Source: Octopus sinensis (Eukaryota). Taken from it: a stretch of 64,000 bases of DNA. The number at the start of each line of letters is the position of its first letter. Positions within the stretch are counted from its first letter, which is position 1. Below, piece after piece: positions 49,656 to 63,775 of this stretch. Location of the stretch: positions 33,802,464-33,866,463 of the forward strand of contig NC_043011.1 of assembly GCF_006345805.1 (NCBI RefSeq). Direction: 5' to 3'. The translations under genes were made by a program, and so were the position numbers. The notes under the pieces were generated by a model that had not been told where the DNA came from, did not search any database, and saw only the letters and a program-made list of their open reading frames with translations.

Positions 49656-52600
49656 AGGTAAAGCCAAGCTTGGAAGAATTTGAGCTCAGAATGTAAAGAT
49701 GGACAAAATGCCCACTTAACACTTAGTCCAGTGTGCTAATGGTTCTGCAAGCTCACCTGGTACAAGGCCTGATACTTTTTATTTCTCTTTTTCAGTCAGA
49801 CCCTTTATAGGGCTTCTGAGATTGACTGAAGGGAGGAAAGAAGGAATGTCAAACTGGAAACTGACTTGAAATGCTTGCCACAGAGTAGACTTAGTTAAAA
49901 ACCTGGCCAAGGTACCAGGCAATGGTGTTAAACAAGGCAAAGGGTAAGTTTAGTAAACTTTACCCAAGAAGGCTATGGTGGGATTTAAACTCAGAGCACA
50001 AAGAGTTAGAACAAATACCACAAGGCACCCAGATTGATCTTACAGTTCCAGAAATCCACAGCCTTTGATTAGTACTTTTTTTTATCATCTCAGAAAGGAT
50101 GAAAGTCTAAGTTGACCTTAGAGGGATCTGGGCTGAGGGTCAGAACAAATACCACAAGGCATTCTGTCTACTACTTTGGCAATTCACTACCTTTACCCTG
50201 TAGCATTTAAACCAGCCACATTTGGTCGAAATCTTTTACCTGTTTTATGTCCAAACTAGCCAGAACCAACTTCTCACACCTACCTTATAATGTCATTTTA
50301 CAAATAAAAAAAAACCCACATCATTGAAATCCCAAAGCTATGAGAAAATGTCTGGTTAATTTGAAACAATAAAAATAAATAAATTACATTTATCAGAGAA
50401 ATTTGAATGCAAAAGGGTTAAAAACTAAAGTATCTTCACTGATACTTTATTTTATCAAATAAAATGACAGAGGGTAAATTTGACTCTGAAATGATTTGAA
50501 CTCAGAATATAAAGATCTGGAGTACTGCAGTGCATTTTGTTCGACACTCTAATGATTCTACAAGTCCACCACCATTAGCAACAATGGTTTCTAGTGTAGA
50601 CACATGGTCTAGTCTAAAATATGAGGGGCGGTATATACTCAATTAGATCTACCCCAATTGACTGGTACTTTATTTTATCAACCCCCAAAGGAACGGTAAG
50701 CTTAACTGAACTCAAAAAAATTTGATCTTAGAATGTAAAACTTCAGAAGAAACACAGCGAAGCATTTTTCTGATGCTCTAACAATTCTGCCCATCTCCCA
50801 CACTTGACAATACTGTTGGTTTCAGGTTTCGGTACAAGACCAACAATTTTGAAGGGAAAAGTTAATGTAAATATCACTGGTTCTAGTACTTAGGTGGTAC
50901 TTCATTTTATTGATCCTGAAAGGATGGAAGGGAAAGTTAACCCTCGTGGGTTCTGAACTTAAAACAGAAAGAGCCAGAAGAGATACCACAATGCATTTTT
51001 TCCAACACCCTAATGATTCATCCAGCTTGCTACCTTATTCACTTAATAATAATAATAATAATAATTTCAAATTTTGGCACACGACCAATAATTTTGGAGG
51101 AAGGGGAAAGTTGATTTCATCAACACCAGTGCTAATAAAAGTCTCTTCTTGTAATATCAAGAATAAAAATTTCTAACATGGTCACAAGACCAAAAATTTG
51201 GTGAGGAGAGATTCTGTCTCATTTTTTTTTTTTACACCATTTGATGAGAGATATAGTTTTTGAAACAGAATGTTCTCTAGCAGGAAGCTTCCTATGAGGA
51301 ATGACCACACATTTCCTTTGTATTAATTATTAGAAGTTGACTCTTTCCATTTATTCTTTCACTGAAGAAACTTAATATCATGGTCCCAAATACTTCCTAA
51401 ATTCATATGAACAATTGTGTTACCCTTTGATGAGAAATACTTTTACTAGGACTGATACTGAAATACCTTCATGGAGTGCTATTTTATTTTATTGACCCCA
51501 AAAGTCATCATCATAATTATGCTCATAAGCATGTCCCAACTCCAATAAGGGCCTATATTCTTTTTAACCTTCTATTAGTCCACCTGGAAGAGGTTAATTT
51601 ACTGCAACATTAGTCTAGGCAGGATTCTGAACTCAAGACACACAGAGTAGGAACAGATACTGCAAGACATTCCAATCTGCTCTTCTAAAAATTCCACCAA
51701 ACCACCTCCTTGGCCTGGTCGTTTATTTATTGACCCCAAAGCAAAAGTTGACCTCAGTGGGATTTGAACTCAGAACACAAAGAACTGTATCAAAGATCTG
51801 GAACAAATACAGCAAGGCATTCTGTCGGATGCTCTCATGATTCTGTCCATCCAACATGCATTCCATCATTTTTATTTCTTTTACATAATACAAAAAAACA
51901 CAAATTTTTTGAATAGATGTGTAGCCTTTTACATTATCTATGGCAGTACTCGATTTGTACATTATCAACCTTGAGAGAATGAAAGGAAAAAGTTGACTAT
52001 GGTGGGATTTGATCTCAGAACATAAAGAACTAAAAAGATACTGCAAGATAATTTGTCCAATGCCTTAATCCACCCCTTTTCTGATTTTGGCCTGTTTTAC
52101 ACAGAAACCCACAAATTTTGGGAACAAGGTGTAGTTTATTTCATTTTCAATTTCAGTACCTGAGTGGAACTTTATTTTATCAACCCAAGAAAGACGAATA
52201 GTAAAGTAAACTGCAGTAGAGTTTGAACTCAGAATTTAGGACATAACTAAACACCATATAGTAAAAAAATTATTCGAGAATGGTTAGTACACATTACTCC
52301 ATAAGGAGAACAAGGCTGGTTTTCCAGTTTCTCTTGTGTATATATTCCTTGGTGGACAGGACACTAGTCTGTTGCAGGAATACTCAGTTTTGCTAGCTGA
52401 GAAGACTATAGTAATGTGAAACGAAGGGTTTTGCTCAAGAACACAACGTATCACCTGACCCAGGATTTGACACCACAATCTTACAATCATGAGTCCAACA
52501 CCCTAACCACTATGCCATGTGTTTCCAAGAATGTGTTGGACAAATTTTGCCATCCACTAACCACAACAATAACAGTTTTTGACTTTAGCATGAGGTTACA

Positions 52601-55022
52601 TACTTGGGACAGTAGAAAGAGTATCATAATCAAGTGAATCAGAACCAGAATATTTCCACTATTTACTTCATCAACCCTTGAAGGATGAAATTCAAACTAG
52701 GTTTTCTGTTGCTGTGCAACAAATCAAACTTGATCTGGTGTTGTTGATGAAAATCAGATTTTATCTTCTGTCAAAGGCATTCAACTATACAGGATGATGA
52801 TTCAGCAGAAGGTTAAATGTTGTCTATGTTTGATGCACATTTTCTGCTGAGTCAACTGGAGTAACATGATATTGAGTGTGTGTTACTCAAATACATGACA
52901 CACAACCCAGTCTAGGAATCAAAACCTTGACCTTATCATGAGACCAACACAACAACTTCTAGGTTATGCAGCATCACACATACATAATTTCATATATCCT
53001 GTGATCGACCAAAATATCAGAGGTTTATAATACATCACTGATCACAATGCACTTCATTTTGTTTTTAGCTTTCAAATGACACCACCATGATAAATTAAGT
53101 GAGGAGGCCAACATTCCACCTGTCCAGAAGGTTAATCCACAACAGGGTGACCCATTTACAGCCGGGTGGACAGGAACGATGTGAAATGAAGTGTCTAAAA
53201 ACACAACATGCTACTCAGTCCAGCAACTGAAGCTACAATCTCGTGATCCTGAATTCAACACTCCAACCACAAGGCCACATACCTTCACACAAGTATACAT
53301 AAGCACACATACATCATCATCTTAACATTCACTTTTTATATTTGCATCGGTCGGACAGGGTTCACTGAGGCAAATTTTCTACAACCAATTTTCTCCACCA
53401 ACCCACACTTATGTCCAAGTAAGGTACTATCTTCTCCCTCAGTGAACATGTTTTGACAGAAGACTGAAACTGAATGACACAAGCTTGAATGACGGTGATA
53501 TCATCATCATCATCATCATCATCATGCTGGCATTGGTTTGATGGTTTGACCAGGGCTGGTAAGCTGAGGGGCTGCGCCAGACTCCAGTCTAATCTGGCAT
53601 GGTTTCCCAACCGTGAATCTTAGGTTCAGTTCTAGTGCTTGGCACCTTAGGCAAGTGTCATCTACTATAGCTCCAGACTAACTCATGAAATGGTTGTCAT
53701 TAAGAAGGGCCAGTTGAATGCCCTTTTTAATGCCAACCACTTCATGAGTGTAATGGGTGCTTTTACATAGCACCAACACAGGTGCCAAACTACTGCATGA
53801 TGTCAAGACAAAGAAACAAAAAACTTACATTCATGCACACTTGCACACCACACACACACACATACTCATGCACACTTGCACAATGGCACTCTGTCAGTTA
53901 TGATGATGGGGGGTTCCAGTTGATTCAATCAACGGAACAGCCTGCTTATGAAATTAACATGCAAGTGGCTGAGCATTCCACAGACATGTGTACCCTTCGT
54001 ATAGTATTTAAGATGATTCAGCATGACACAGAATATGGCAAGGTTAGCTCTTTGAATTACAGGTACAGCTCATTTTTGCCAGCTAAGTGGATTGGAGCAA
54101 CATGAAATAAAGTGTCTTCTTCAAGGACACAATACAGCACCAGGTATTGAACTCACAATTTTACAATCATGAGCCAAGTACTCTAACCACTAAGCCATGC
54201 ACACATACACACACACATATATATGCATACATATAAAAAGCTTCTTTCAGTTTCCATCTATACACAAGGCTTTGGTTGGCCCAGGGCTGTAGTAGAAGAC
54301 ACTTGCCAGAGCTGCCATTCAGAATTAAACCTGAAATAATGTGATTAGGAAGAGAAATCTTTAACCACACAGCCATGAATGTGTCTACATATACTCACAT
54401 ACACACAGCGATTTTTACTTTTATAAACTTAGTCTTAATTTCCATTTTCTTTGTAAATCCAAATGAAATACAACAGAAAAGTAAAAAAAAAAATGCATCA
54501 TTTCATTTATTTCATAGTATTATGTATATTTATTCTTTTGATTGGTTATGTTTCTGGTTGCAAAGAACAAATAAACAACAACCAACAAACAAACAAACAA
54601 CAATGAAATCACTAACAAAATACCTTTGCTATTTTTACTCAGATATGTCCTCAGGGGAAAACACAGAAAGAAAGAGAGAAATACATGCAAGAGCAAAAAG
54701 ACATAACTATGTAAAATAAGACTATGTTTGTTTTCTCCATGAGGGAAGATAAATTCTGATAGTTTCAGGTTACAAAGGAGTTTGCATACAACATCCACAT
54801 ACTCTTCCACCACATCCTCTGCAATGGCCATCAGCATTTCATGATAGACAAATTATTTTTTATGCATTGCACAAAATGGTTTTTACCAATGCAGAACATC
54901 ACTAGCTTCCTTAAACTTCAGTTTCATTTTGTGTTTTTATAATTTTTCATTTATTGATAGCATCGACTTGTTAAGGGTTTGAGATTCATAAGAATAAATA
55001 AAATGGAAAAAGTATGAGTGTA

Positions 55023-55062
<40 letters not shown>

Positions 55063-55686
55063 GACACAAACATGTATATATAAATGTATATACGTTTACA
55101 CACAAATATATGCATATTTAATATACATATGTGAATACACACCTATTTACATCAATATATGTGCATGTCTATATACATATACATATATATGATGGCTGTC
55201 TACTCATGACTTATGTGTGTCCATGTTAGTAACTCATCATTGTTTAACATCCATTTTTCTATGCTTGCATGGCTCAGATGGAATTTGTTGAGGCAGATTG
55301 TCTACAGCTGGGATGCCCTTCCTGTCACAAACCCTCACCTGTTTCCAAGCAAGATAATAGTTGCCACATAACCAGACAAAGTTTTCAAAGAAGACTTGAA
55401 ACAAAACAAATTCTAAGATGATGAAGCTCATTTACAATCATCATGTGATGTCTACACAGCAGTATACTCACACACATATCTTTTATCTTTTACTTACTCC
55501 AGTCATTAGACAGCAGCCATGCAGCTCTAGGATCAATTCATTTGACCCCAGGGCTTTTTTTTAAACCTGACACTTGATTTATCAGTCTCTTGCCAAACCA
55601 CTAAATTCCAAGGACATAAAAATACCAACACCAGTTGGCAAGAAGTGGTGGAGGATAAACTCACACACACACACACACACATTATA

Positions 55687-55723
<37 letters not shown>

Positions 55724-56289
55724 CAATGGGTTTCTTTCAGTTTCCATCCACCAAATTCAATCACAGAGGCTATAGTAGAAGACACTTGCCCAAAGTGTCA
55801 TGCAGTGAGACTAAACCTGGAACCTTCTGGTTGAGAAGGAATGTCCTTACCATATAGCCATGCTTGCACCTCTCTCTCATGTGTACATATATCATCATCC
55901 TCATCGTTTAATATCCGCTTTCCATGCTGGCATGGGTTGGACGGTTTGACTGAGGACTGGCGAGCCAGATGGCTGCACCAGGCTCCAATCTGATCTAGCA
56001 GAGTTTCAGGCGGTACAAGCAACAGCCAAGCTTAAAAGGTGTTTTTTGCATGCCACCTGGCAACAACCTTGCTCGAATCTTGTCTTTCATGAGCCACCGG
56101 CAAAAGTGCCAGTAAGATGCTGGTAATGATCATGCTTGAATTGTGCTTTTTACGTGCCACCAACATGGGAGCCATCAGCGGCACTGGCAACAATCATGCT
56201 TGGATGGTACTCTTAACGCTCCACTAGCACAGATACCAGTTAGGCAGTTCAGTCATCAAATTTGATTTTGATTTTAATTGCCTCAACAG

Positions 56290-56840
56290 GTCTTCGCAAG
56301 CAGAGTTTAGGGTCCAATGAAGGAAAGGTATGAATAAGTGGGCTGGTTACACTCCTGGCATAGGCCACGGGGTTATGGTCTCACTTGGGCTTGCTGGGTC
56401 TTCTCAAGCACAGCATATTTCCAAAGGTCTCAGTCACTAGTCATTGTCTCGGTGAGGCCTAATATTCAAAGGTCATGCTTCACCACCTCATCCCAAGTCT
56501 TCCTGGGTCTACCTCTTCCACATGTTCCCTCAACCGCTAGGGTGTGACACTTTTTTACACAGATATCCTCATCCATTCTCACCACATGGCCATACCAGCG
56601 CAGTCGTCTCTCTTGCACACCGCATCTGATGCTTCTCAGGTTCAACTTTTCTCTCAAGGCACTTACACTCTGTCGAGTATGCACAGACATTGCACATCCA
56701 TTGGAGCATACTGGCTTCATTCCTTGTGAGCTTACGCATGTCCTCAGCAATCACGGCCCACGTTTCACTGCCATGTAGCTGGCTGTTCGAACACATGCAT
56801 CATACAGTCTACCTTTTACTCTAAGCAAGAGGCCCTTTGT
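56290..56840 (-). mobile_element. 3' fragment of an RTE LINE, joined to a (GAT)n-tailed SINE-like element at 55890-56250
   Basis: LHGSETWAV, RLRWYGHVVRMDED and GRGRPRKTWDEVVKHDL, followed by an RTE-type 3' UTR. Confidence 0.85.
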
Positions 56841-59326
56841 CACACACACATACATACAAACACATACAATGGAATTCTTTCAGGTTCTACCTATCAGATC
56901 CATTCATAAGACTTTGGTCAGTCTGGAGCTATAGTAGATGACACTTGCCTAAGGTGCCAAGCACTAGAACTGAACCCAAGATTCATGGTTGGGAACCAAG
57001 CTTGTTAACTACACAGTTATGCTTGAACATGAATTATGATTGAAAGGACAGAGGGGAGACAACCAACTGTTCTCTAATGCATTTTGTAGATAAGCTATTG
57101 TAGTTAACTTCCCATTGTTCTTGTGTGTAAGCAAATAAGTGTCTCTTGTCCAAAGCCCCTAAATTTAGGGCAAGAAGTGGTGATGCAGGTATTTAATTAG
57201 CCCAAAGACCAAAAATGGTATTTATTTTATCCCAGCACAAAAATAAAGTCAAGCCTGCTGGTATCTGAACATTGGGTGAGAGAAAATAGAATTAAGTTGT
57301 TCCAGGAATTTTGTTCACCAATTGACCATTTCTGCTGCATCCTCTCCTCACTGACGAAATAAGACATAGGGCCTTCATATTTTAGGAACAGATTATATGG
57401 AGCCTGAAGAATTATAGTCAAAGGTCAAATGTATTGAAGCAGAGCAGCTGTAAACTTGGTACCCACATCAGGTGGTGGACCTAGTTGATGTTTAATATTA
57501 TTATTGATAGAGAGGGTAGATTATTAAAAGAGAAGAGAAACAGAGGGGTAGGAGGAAGAAGGGAGAAGAGAAACGGAGGGATAGGAGGAAGAAGAGAGAA
57601 GAGAAACAGAGAGAGATAGAGAGGGGAAGAGAGAGAGGAGTCTGGAAGGAGAAATCAGGATAAAGAGAGCAGGATAAGAAGAAAGAATGGTGGACTTTCA
57701 GTAAACATAGATTAGATAGAACAAAGGCTTAAAAAAAAAAAAAGAATGAAACAATTCTAGCATGTAGAACAGAATGAGACAATTGGACATGGCTGCTTGG
57801 ACACTGGTAACTTGGCATGGCTGATTTGACACTGAACCAGTTTGGGTGACAATACTTTTTGGCACTGGAGGAAAATACATACAAATATGCATGAAGACAG
57901 AAGGAGAGAGAGGAGGGGATAAAGAAAGAGAGAAAGAGAGAGAGGAGTGAGAGGACAATTTATTAATTGAAACCAATCAACATGAACAATCTCACAAACC
58001 ATTACATATATAAAGTGAAGCAGAAAATTAAACGAAGTTTAGTAGTTGAGTAATTTAATTGTTGTGATTAATAAATTGTTAACCAGAATAAAAACAATCT
58101 TCACAGTGCCATGAGGATCTTGAGGACAAAAATGTCTGATAGTCAGCATCAAATATACAGTGTCAAATAGCTGGGGCCAAAACAACCATGCCAAAATATC
58201 ACATACCCAAATGAGAATGCCTTCATAAAACACTGCCTTTATGAGGTGAAAGAAATTATGAAATTTATCATTATTATCACTGTTCTTGATGTCATGTTCT
58301 AAATGCAGTGACTTATGAAGAAAACAGTTTCCACAATGTAACAGCTTATTTATAACAAGTGGTTGATAAGCTACTGTTACAAGAAAACACTGATTGTCTT
58401 CCATCAGAACCTGTTTTTCAGCTGAAATGTCCATTGGTATTATTACTGTGCATGAATTCATGAATTGCATTTTTTTAAAAGAATAGGATGAAGAGAAATG
58501 AGGAAAAAATAATAAAAAAAAAATTCAGTTTGCTGGAATAAAAATGAAACTTCACAACATGAACATACACACATAAAAAAAAAAAAAGACTGTATTCTCC
58601 TATAAAATATTTTATTAAGGATTCAGCTACAGCGGATTTATGTCCCTTTGCTATTGCCTTCTTTGAAGAAAGAAAACAAAACAAAACAAAACAGAAGAGA
58701 AAACATCTAAGCAAGAAAGACAGTCAAGAAACTCAGTGATTTCTATGGAAAAAGTGAAATGGGGAAGAAACATACTTCATATATATATAATATATATGTA
58801 TTCATTTGAAGTCGACAGTTCACTCCATTGCTACGCATTTGTTCAGATATCAGAGAATACAATCTCACAATCCTTCACAGAAAGCAGGATACAAAGTGTA
58901 TTCTATGGCACCAACTTATTCATTCTCGTTTTTGTCACCTTCATAAACTCATACAAACAGTACAGTGAATCCAGGGCAGCTATGGAGTGAATAATCAGCT
59001 ATGAATGAATAGATAAACTCTACAACATACACTGACTATATTTCTTCATTTTCTTCTTCTTTCTTTTTTTTTTGTTTTATCCCCAAACATGTATTCATTT
59101 ATATACACACCCACCCACACACACACACACACACAGATACATTCATACATACTTATACACAACTGAAAACAGCTTTTAACAAGATTACACATAAGCATAT
59201 GTGATTTGCTTATATTTTCTTTTTTTTTCTTTTTTTTTTAAACATTTGAAATGCAAATACATTCAGTTATCTTAAATTTGAGTAGTTACTTCTTTGTACA
59301 ATCTACACATAGCCACTACTACTACT

Positions 59327-59370
<44 letters not shown>

Positions 59371-60412
59371 ATATACACATACATACACACACACACATAC
59401 ACACACTCACATATATACATGTATACACACATACATAGCTTTACAGACTTTTGATATATTTATTCAACAAAATAATAATAATAATAATAATTATAATACA
59501 AGACAGTGTCTGAAATCGTAACTATTGCATACTAATTAGGTATGAATGCTATCATAATAACAACATGTTGCATTAACTAGGATACTATTTTCATCACTCC
59601 AAAATATGGTGAAAATGAGTGCAGAATTACAGAATGCAACCAGAAATGGCTACAGGAATAATATGCAAAATAATTTTCAGAAGTAGCCAAAATACATTAT
59701 ACTCAAAAACCTGAAAAACCATTCTTTTTACCAATTCTTATATATAATGTGTATTATATATATATTTTTAAAATTATAATTATATATATCATTAAAAAAA
59801 AAACATAAACATATGTATATTACAAAATTACAAAGACATAGAGTCTACACACATATAAATTTCATATTACATTCAAATAATGTGTGGATTTTCTAATTAA
59901 AAAAAAAAACATCTGGTATGTATTGGATTTTTGTGACGCATACATTTTCTACATGTTAAGGATTGAGAAATTTTTTATTTTGATCAAAACTCTATATACA
60001 TATATACTCACACATAAATATATACAGATGCACACACACACACATGTATATAGATACATATATTATTTTGGGGGGTTGACAGGTATATAGGAATATGGTC
60101 AGCCATCTAGAATAAAGGACACAGAGTTAGTAGTCTGAGTGTCAATGAGTATAATCCACCATAGTGAGTCCCAAAATGCATATTTCATTTCAGACAAGGG
60201 CTAGTCAAGAACTGGAATTGGTAACATGGTACGGCTAGTTATATAGGACCACACACCAATTCCAGCTGCTGACGAGTCTCTGGGCAAAACAAAATATATT
60301 TTATTGGACTCACAGTTATATATATATAACTGTGAGTCTAATAAAGATGCCATGATAGATCGTTAGCCACTACACACATTTTTTTCTCTCCTTGTTTTTT
60401 CAGTGTACCTTT

Positions 60413-60450
60413 CTGTAGAAGAGCATAGGCTCGAAACATAAAAGACTTTT
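60413..60450 (+). ncRNA. Degenerate minimal hammerhead-ribozyme-like motif (Penelope-type)
   Basis: CTGTAGA-A-GAGC(atag)GCTC-GAAAC followed by palindromic AAAAG-A-CTTTT. The core deviates from CUGANGA at A6. Confidence 0.35.
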
Positions 60451-60534
60451 TCTATTCCTGAGCGCTATACTAATACATCTGTTTGTTTTGTACACCACCT
60501 GCCTTCGTCTTTTGTTTATTTTCGTAAACTTTCC

Positions 60535-60587
<53 letters not shown>

Positions 60588-61088
60588 ACACACACACACA
60601 CACAAGCTGAGAAATCCCCTCTGAGTAACTCAGATTAACAATAATGGTAAATCATCAATTTTAAATGAATATACTCTACATCCTGTACTGAGTATTTTTA
60701 CTACTGTATTTATTACCAAACACACACACACAATTTAGGATAAAAGTAACTAATTTTATTCATATATGCAAGCATATGTAAGATTGAATTCTAATCTTAT
60801 CAGTTATTATAATTATTATACTATTATTCTTTTAAATATTTCTTTAACTAAATATTTGAACCTTCATCTATTCCTATTTCTTCTTGTAAACTACTTGTAA
60901 TCATGATCAACACCACTCATAGCATTGTCTGTTAGCTTATTCTGCTAAAATAATAAATAGCCAGGATGTAGGATTCATATAAAGTGTTATATCTTGAGAA
61001 CTTTTCTTCAGAACATAATTATTTTTTGGTTTATGTATTTGGTTTGCAAGATACTTGATGAGTTGAAACAAATTACACTGTATCTTGG

Positions 61089-61468
61089 GAGGGTCATTAC
61101 ACCAGTATTAAACACATGCACTGGTTCAATTTCACTTCTTTATTACTATTTGTCAGTCGGTTAGATATCTAACCAACTAATTGATTGTTTGATTAATAAT
61201 TTGGTTAATCAATCAATCAGCGGTGTTTGTCAAAGTCCTTTCATTGTCATTTGTGACCTCTCTGCTCTGGGTTAGCTTCAGGTCTGTCTATTAGTTTTAG
61301 GTTCAATATTGAACCTACAAAATGACTCGAGCAAAGACAATTGATTGATTGGTTAACTGAATGACTAATCAAACAATTGATTAGTTAATTGGTTAAGTAA
61401 CTAATCATTTGATAAATAATAAAGTGAAATAGTACCAGTGTGTGCTTATTATTGGCATAATGACCCTC
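61089..61468. repeat. Old, diverged inverted repeat (arms of about 145 bp)
   Basis: gagggtcattacaccagtattaaacac... against ...gtgtgtgcttattattggcataatgaccctc; roughly 70% identical by eye. Confidence 0.65.
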
Positions 61469-62180
61469 TTAAAATACAACAAAACTATTTTTAGTCAGCT
61501 TTTTGATATTCTCTGTATTGAATATGCTCACAACAACTTAACTATTGTTTCTTTTATGCAGATGGTGTCTCTGAATTTATATATTCTCTAAACAATTCTA
61601 TTTTCCTGTGGCAACTAATGTATAACAGTAACACATTAATTCTTACATCACATCATTAGCAAGTACTGTAAATACTATGTTATACTGATGGGATCAGAAT
61701 AATACCAAAGCTTATTCAGAGTTATCTCCCATACTTAAATGGAAAAATTATAACAGTCATTACTAAGTCTTTTTTTTTACTCTCACGTTGCACATATACA
61801 CACACATGTGTGTGTGTGTATGTGTGTGTTGTACTGAAGGAAAAAAGTTAGCTTTACATACTCTAGGTATTACATATATTATCACAAACTTATGTCTTAA
61901 ATGAACTAAGCACACATTATTATTATCATTATTATTATTATTATTATTATTATAGTATTATTATTGTTTAGCCCCAAGTGAACCCTGACTGAGTAGACCT
62001 ATGATCAAAAAGATATTCCTACCATAACCACTACCACATCCATTTTTCTCTCAGTCCACTGAGTATTTCAGGACCTCATCATCTAAAGTGTCCTTCACTT
62101 TTCAAGATGGTTGGAATAATACAAGAGAGTTATTCGTCTTCTATTTCCAGCAAGTAAAACAACAAAACAAACTTTTAAAA

Positions 62181-62611
62181 CAGTGGTTCTCAACTAGGGT
62201 TCATATGACCTTTAACAGTCCATATAAGATTTTGTCATCAAAATTATTATATTTCGAGATGGTCATCTTTCTTTTTTCCTTTTTGCCAAATAAACACATT
62301 ACACTATATTATATTCATCTGTCATTTCAGATATATTTATTTTTCTTATTTTATGTCCTTTGTCTAGAAATTTTTCGTCACGCATCCTGTGACCTCTTTA
62401 GCAGCACTCCATCCCATGTGTCTCTTGTGCAATAAATTGCTTATATTTCTATAATACACAAAATATTTTAACAATTTTTTTTTATACAATCCCTAAATAT
62501 TTAATTTTAAAAATATAATAGCATTTTTTTTAACATCAAATAGCTAGGGAGGCATATCCAAGTAAAACAAGAACTAAGGGGACCTTATGTAAAAATGGTT
62601 GAGAACCACTG
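62181..62611. mobile_element. hAT (Charlie-like) MITE
   Basis: Perfect 14-bp TIRs CAGTGGTTCTCAAC / GTTGAGAACCACTG; 8-bp flanks TTTTAAAA and CTTTAAAA (7/8 identical TSD). Confidence 0.85.
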
Positions 62612-63417
62612 CTTTAAAAAGTGTGCCTTTGTTTTGTTTGCATCTGATCTTGCGTGTGTGAGTGTGTACAGATATGAGTACAAATAGCATCTATTGAAGA
62701 TCTTCTCTGAATTATACTCCTAGGAAGTAAGCTAAGTCCAATAGAGAGTGGTCAGAGGTTAGGAGCAAAATCCTCCAATATCAACACCCCAATAGACACA
62801 TCAATTCTTCCCTCCAATTCGTCAGCTCCTTTCCCTCTCCACATCATAAAGGAAGGAAAGCTTCTGGATATACACAGTAGTATCACTATCATTAGTAGTA
62901 GTAGTAGTACTAGTAGTAGTAGTAGTACTAGTAGTAGTACTAGTAGTAGTAGTAGTAGTAGTAGTAGTAATTGTGTAAGTCTTGGTGAGTCTGTTGCCAC
63001 CATATCAGGATTAACTACTAATTAGATTAGGACTCCAATAGTCATAGACAAACGTTGGCATTCCGCTTATGAGTGTCATATATAAAGCCGATATTCTATA
63101 CAGATACGTCAAATATAAAGAGGTTTACAGAGACACAGAAAGGTTTTGATGCCAACCTTAAAGAAATTTGGGAATGACAGCCAATGCAGGAATCTCCTGA
63201 TGGGAAAGTCTCATTTGTTTTTATTTTGCTTTTGTGCGTGTGTGTGTGTGTGTATCAAGTGTTAAATGCTGTATACACATTATATTACATAAACATATTA
63301 AGCATACTCACACACACATCTACATTCACACACACACATGTACACATACAGAGAGATACACATTAATGTATACATGTGAAGTGAGAAAACAAACATGCAC
63401 AAATAGACATTAACATC

Positions 63418-63467
<50 letters not shown>

Positions 63468-63493
63468 AATGTATAAATTACATTCATGTATGT

Positions 63494-63525
<32 letters not shown>

Positions 63526-63741
63526 TTTCTTTACTGCCCACAAGGGGCTAAACACAGAGGGGACAAACAAGGACAGACAAAGGGATTAAGTCGACTACAT
63601 CGACCCCAGTGCGTAACTGGTACTTAATTTATCGACCCCGAAAGGATGAAAGGCAAAGTCGACCTCGGCGGAATTTGAACTCGGAACGTAACGACAGACG
63701 AATTTCGCCCGGCGTGCTAACGTTTCTACCAACTCGCCGCC
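63526..63741 (-). mobile_element. Young full-length SINE with tail type B, in (TA)n
   Basis: CpG-rich head ggcggcgagttggtagaaacgttagcacgccgggcg, B-box-like gagttcaaattccgcc, and tail tttgtcccctctgtgtttagccccttgtgggcagtaaagaaat. Confidence 0.9.
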
Positions 63742-63743
63742 TT

Positions 63744-63775
<32 letters not shown>

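Noticed and set aside
57698-57866. Acceptor-like site followed by xPKSIVTQTGSVSNQPCQ...
   Set aside because: No donor, no recognisable domain, and it runs into a poly-T tract; not supportable without RNA data.
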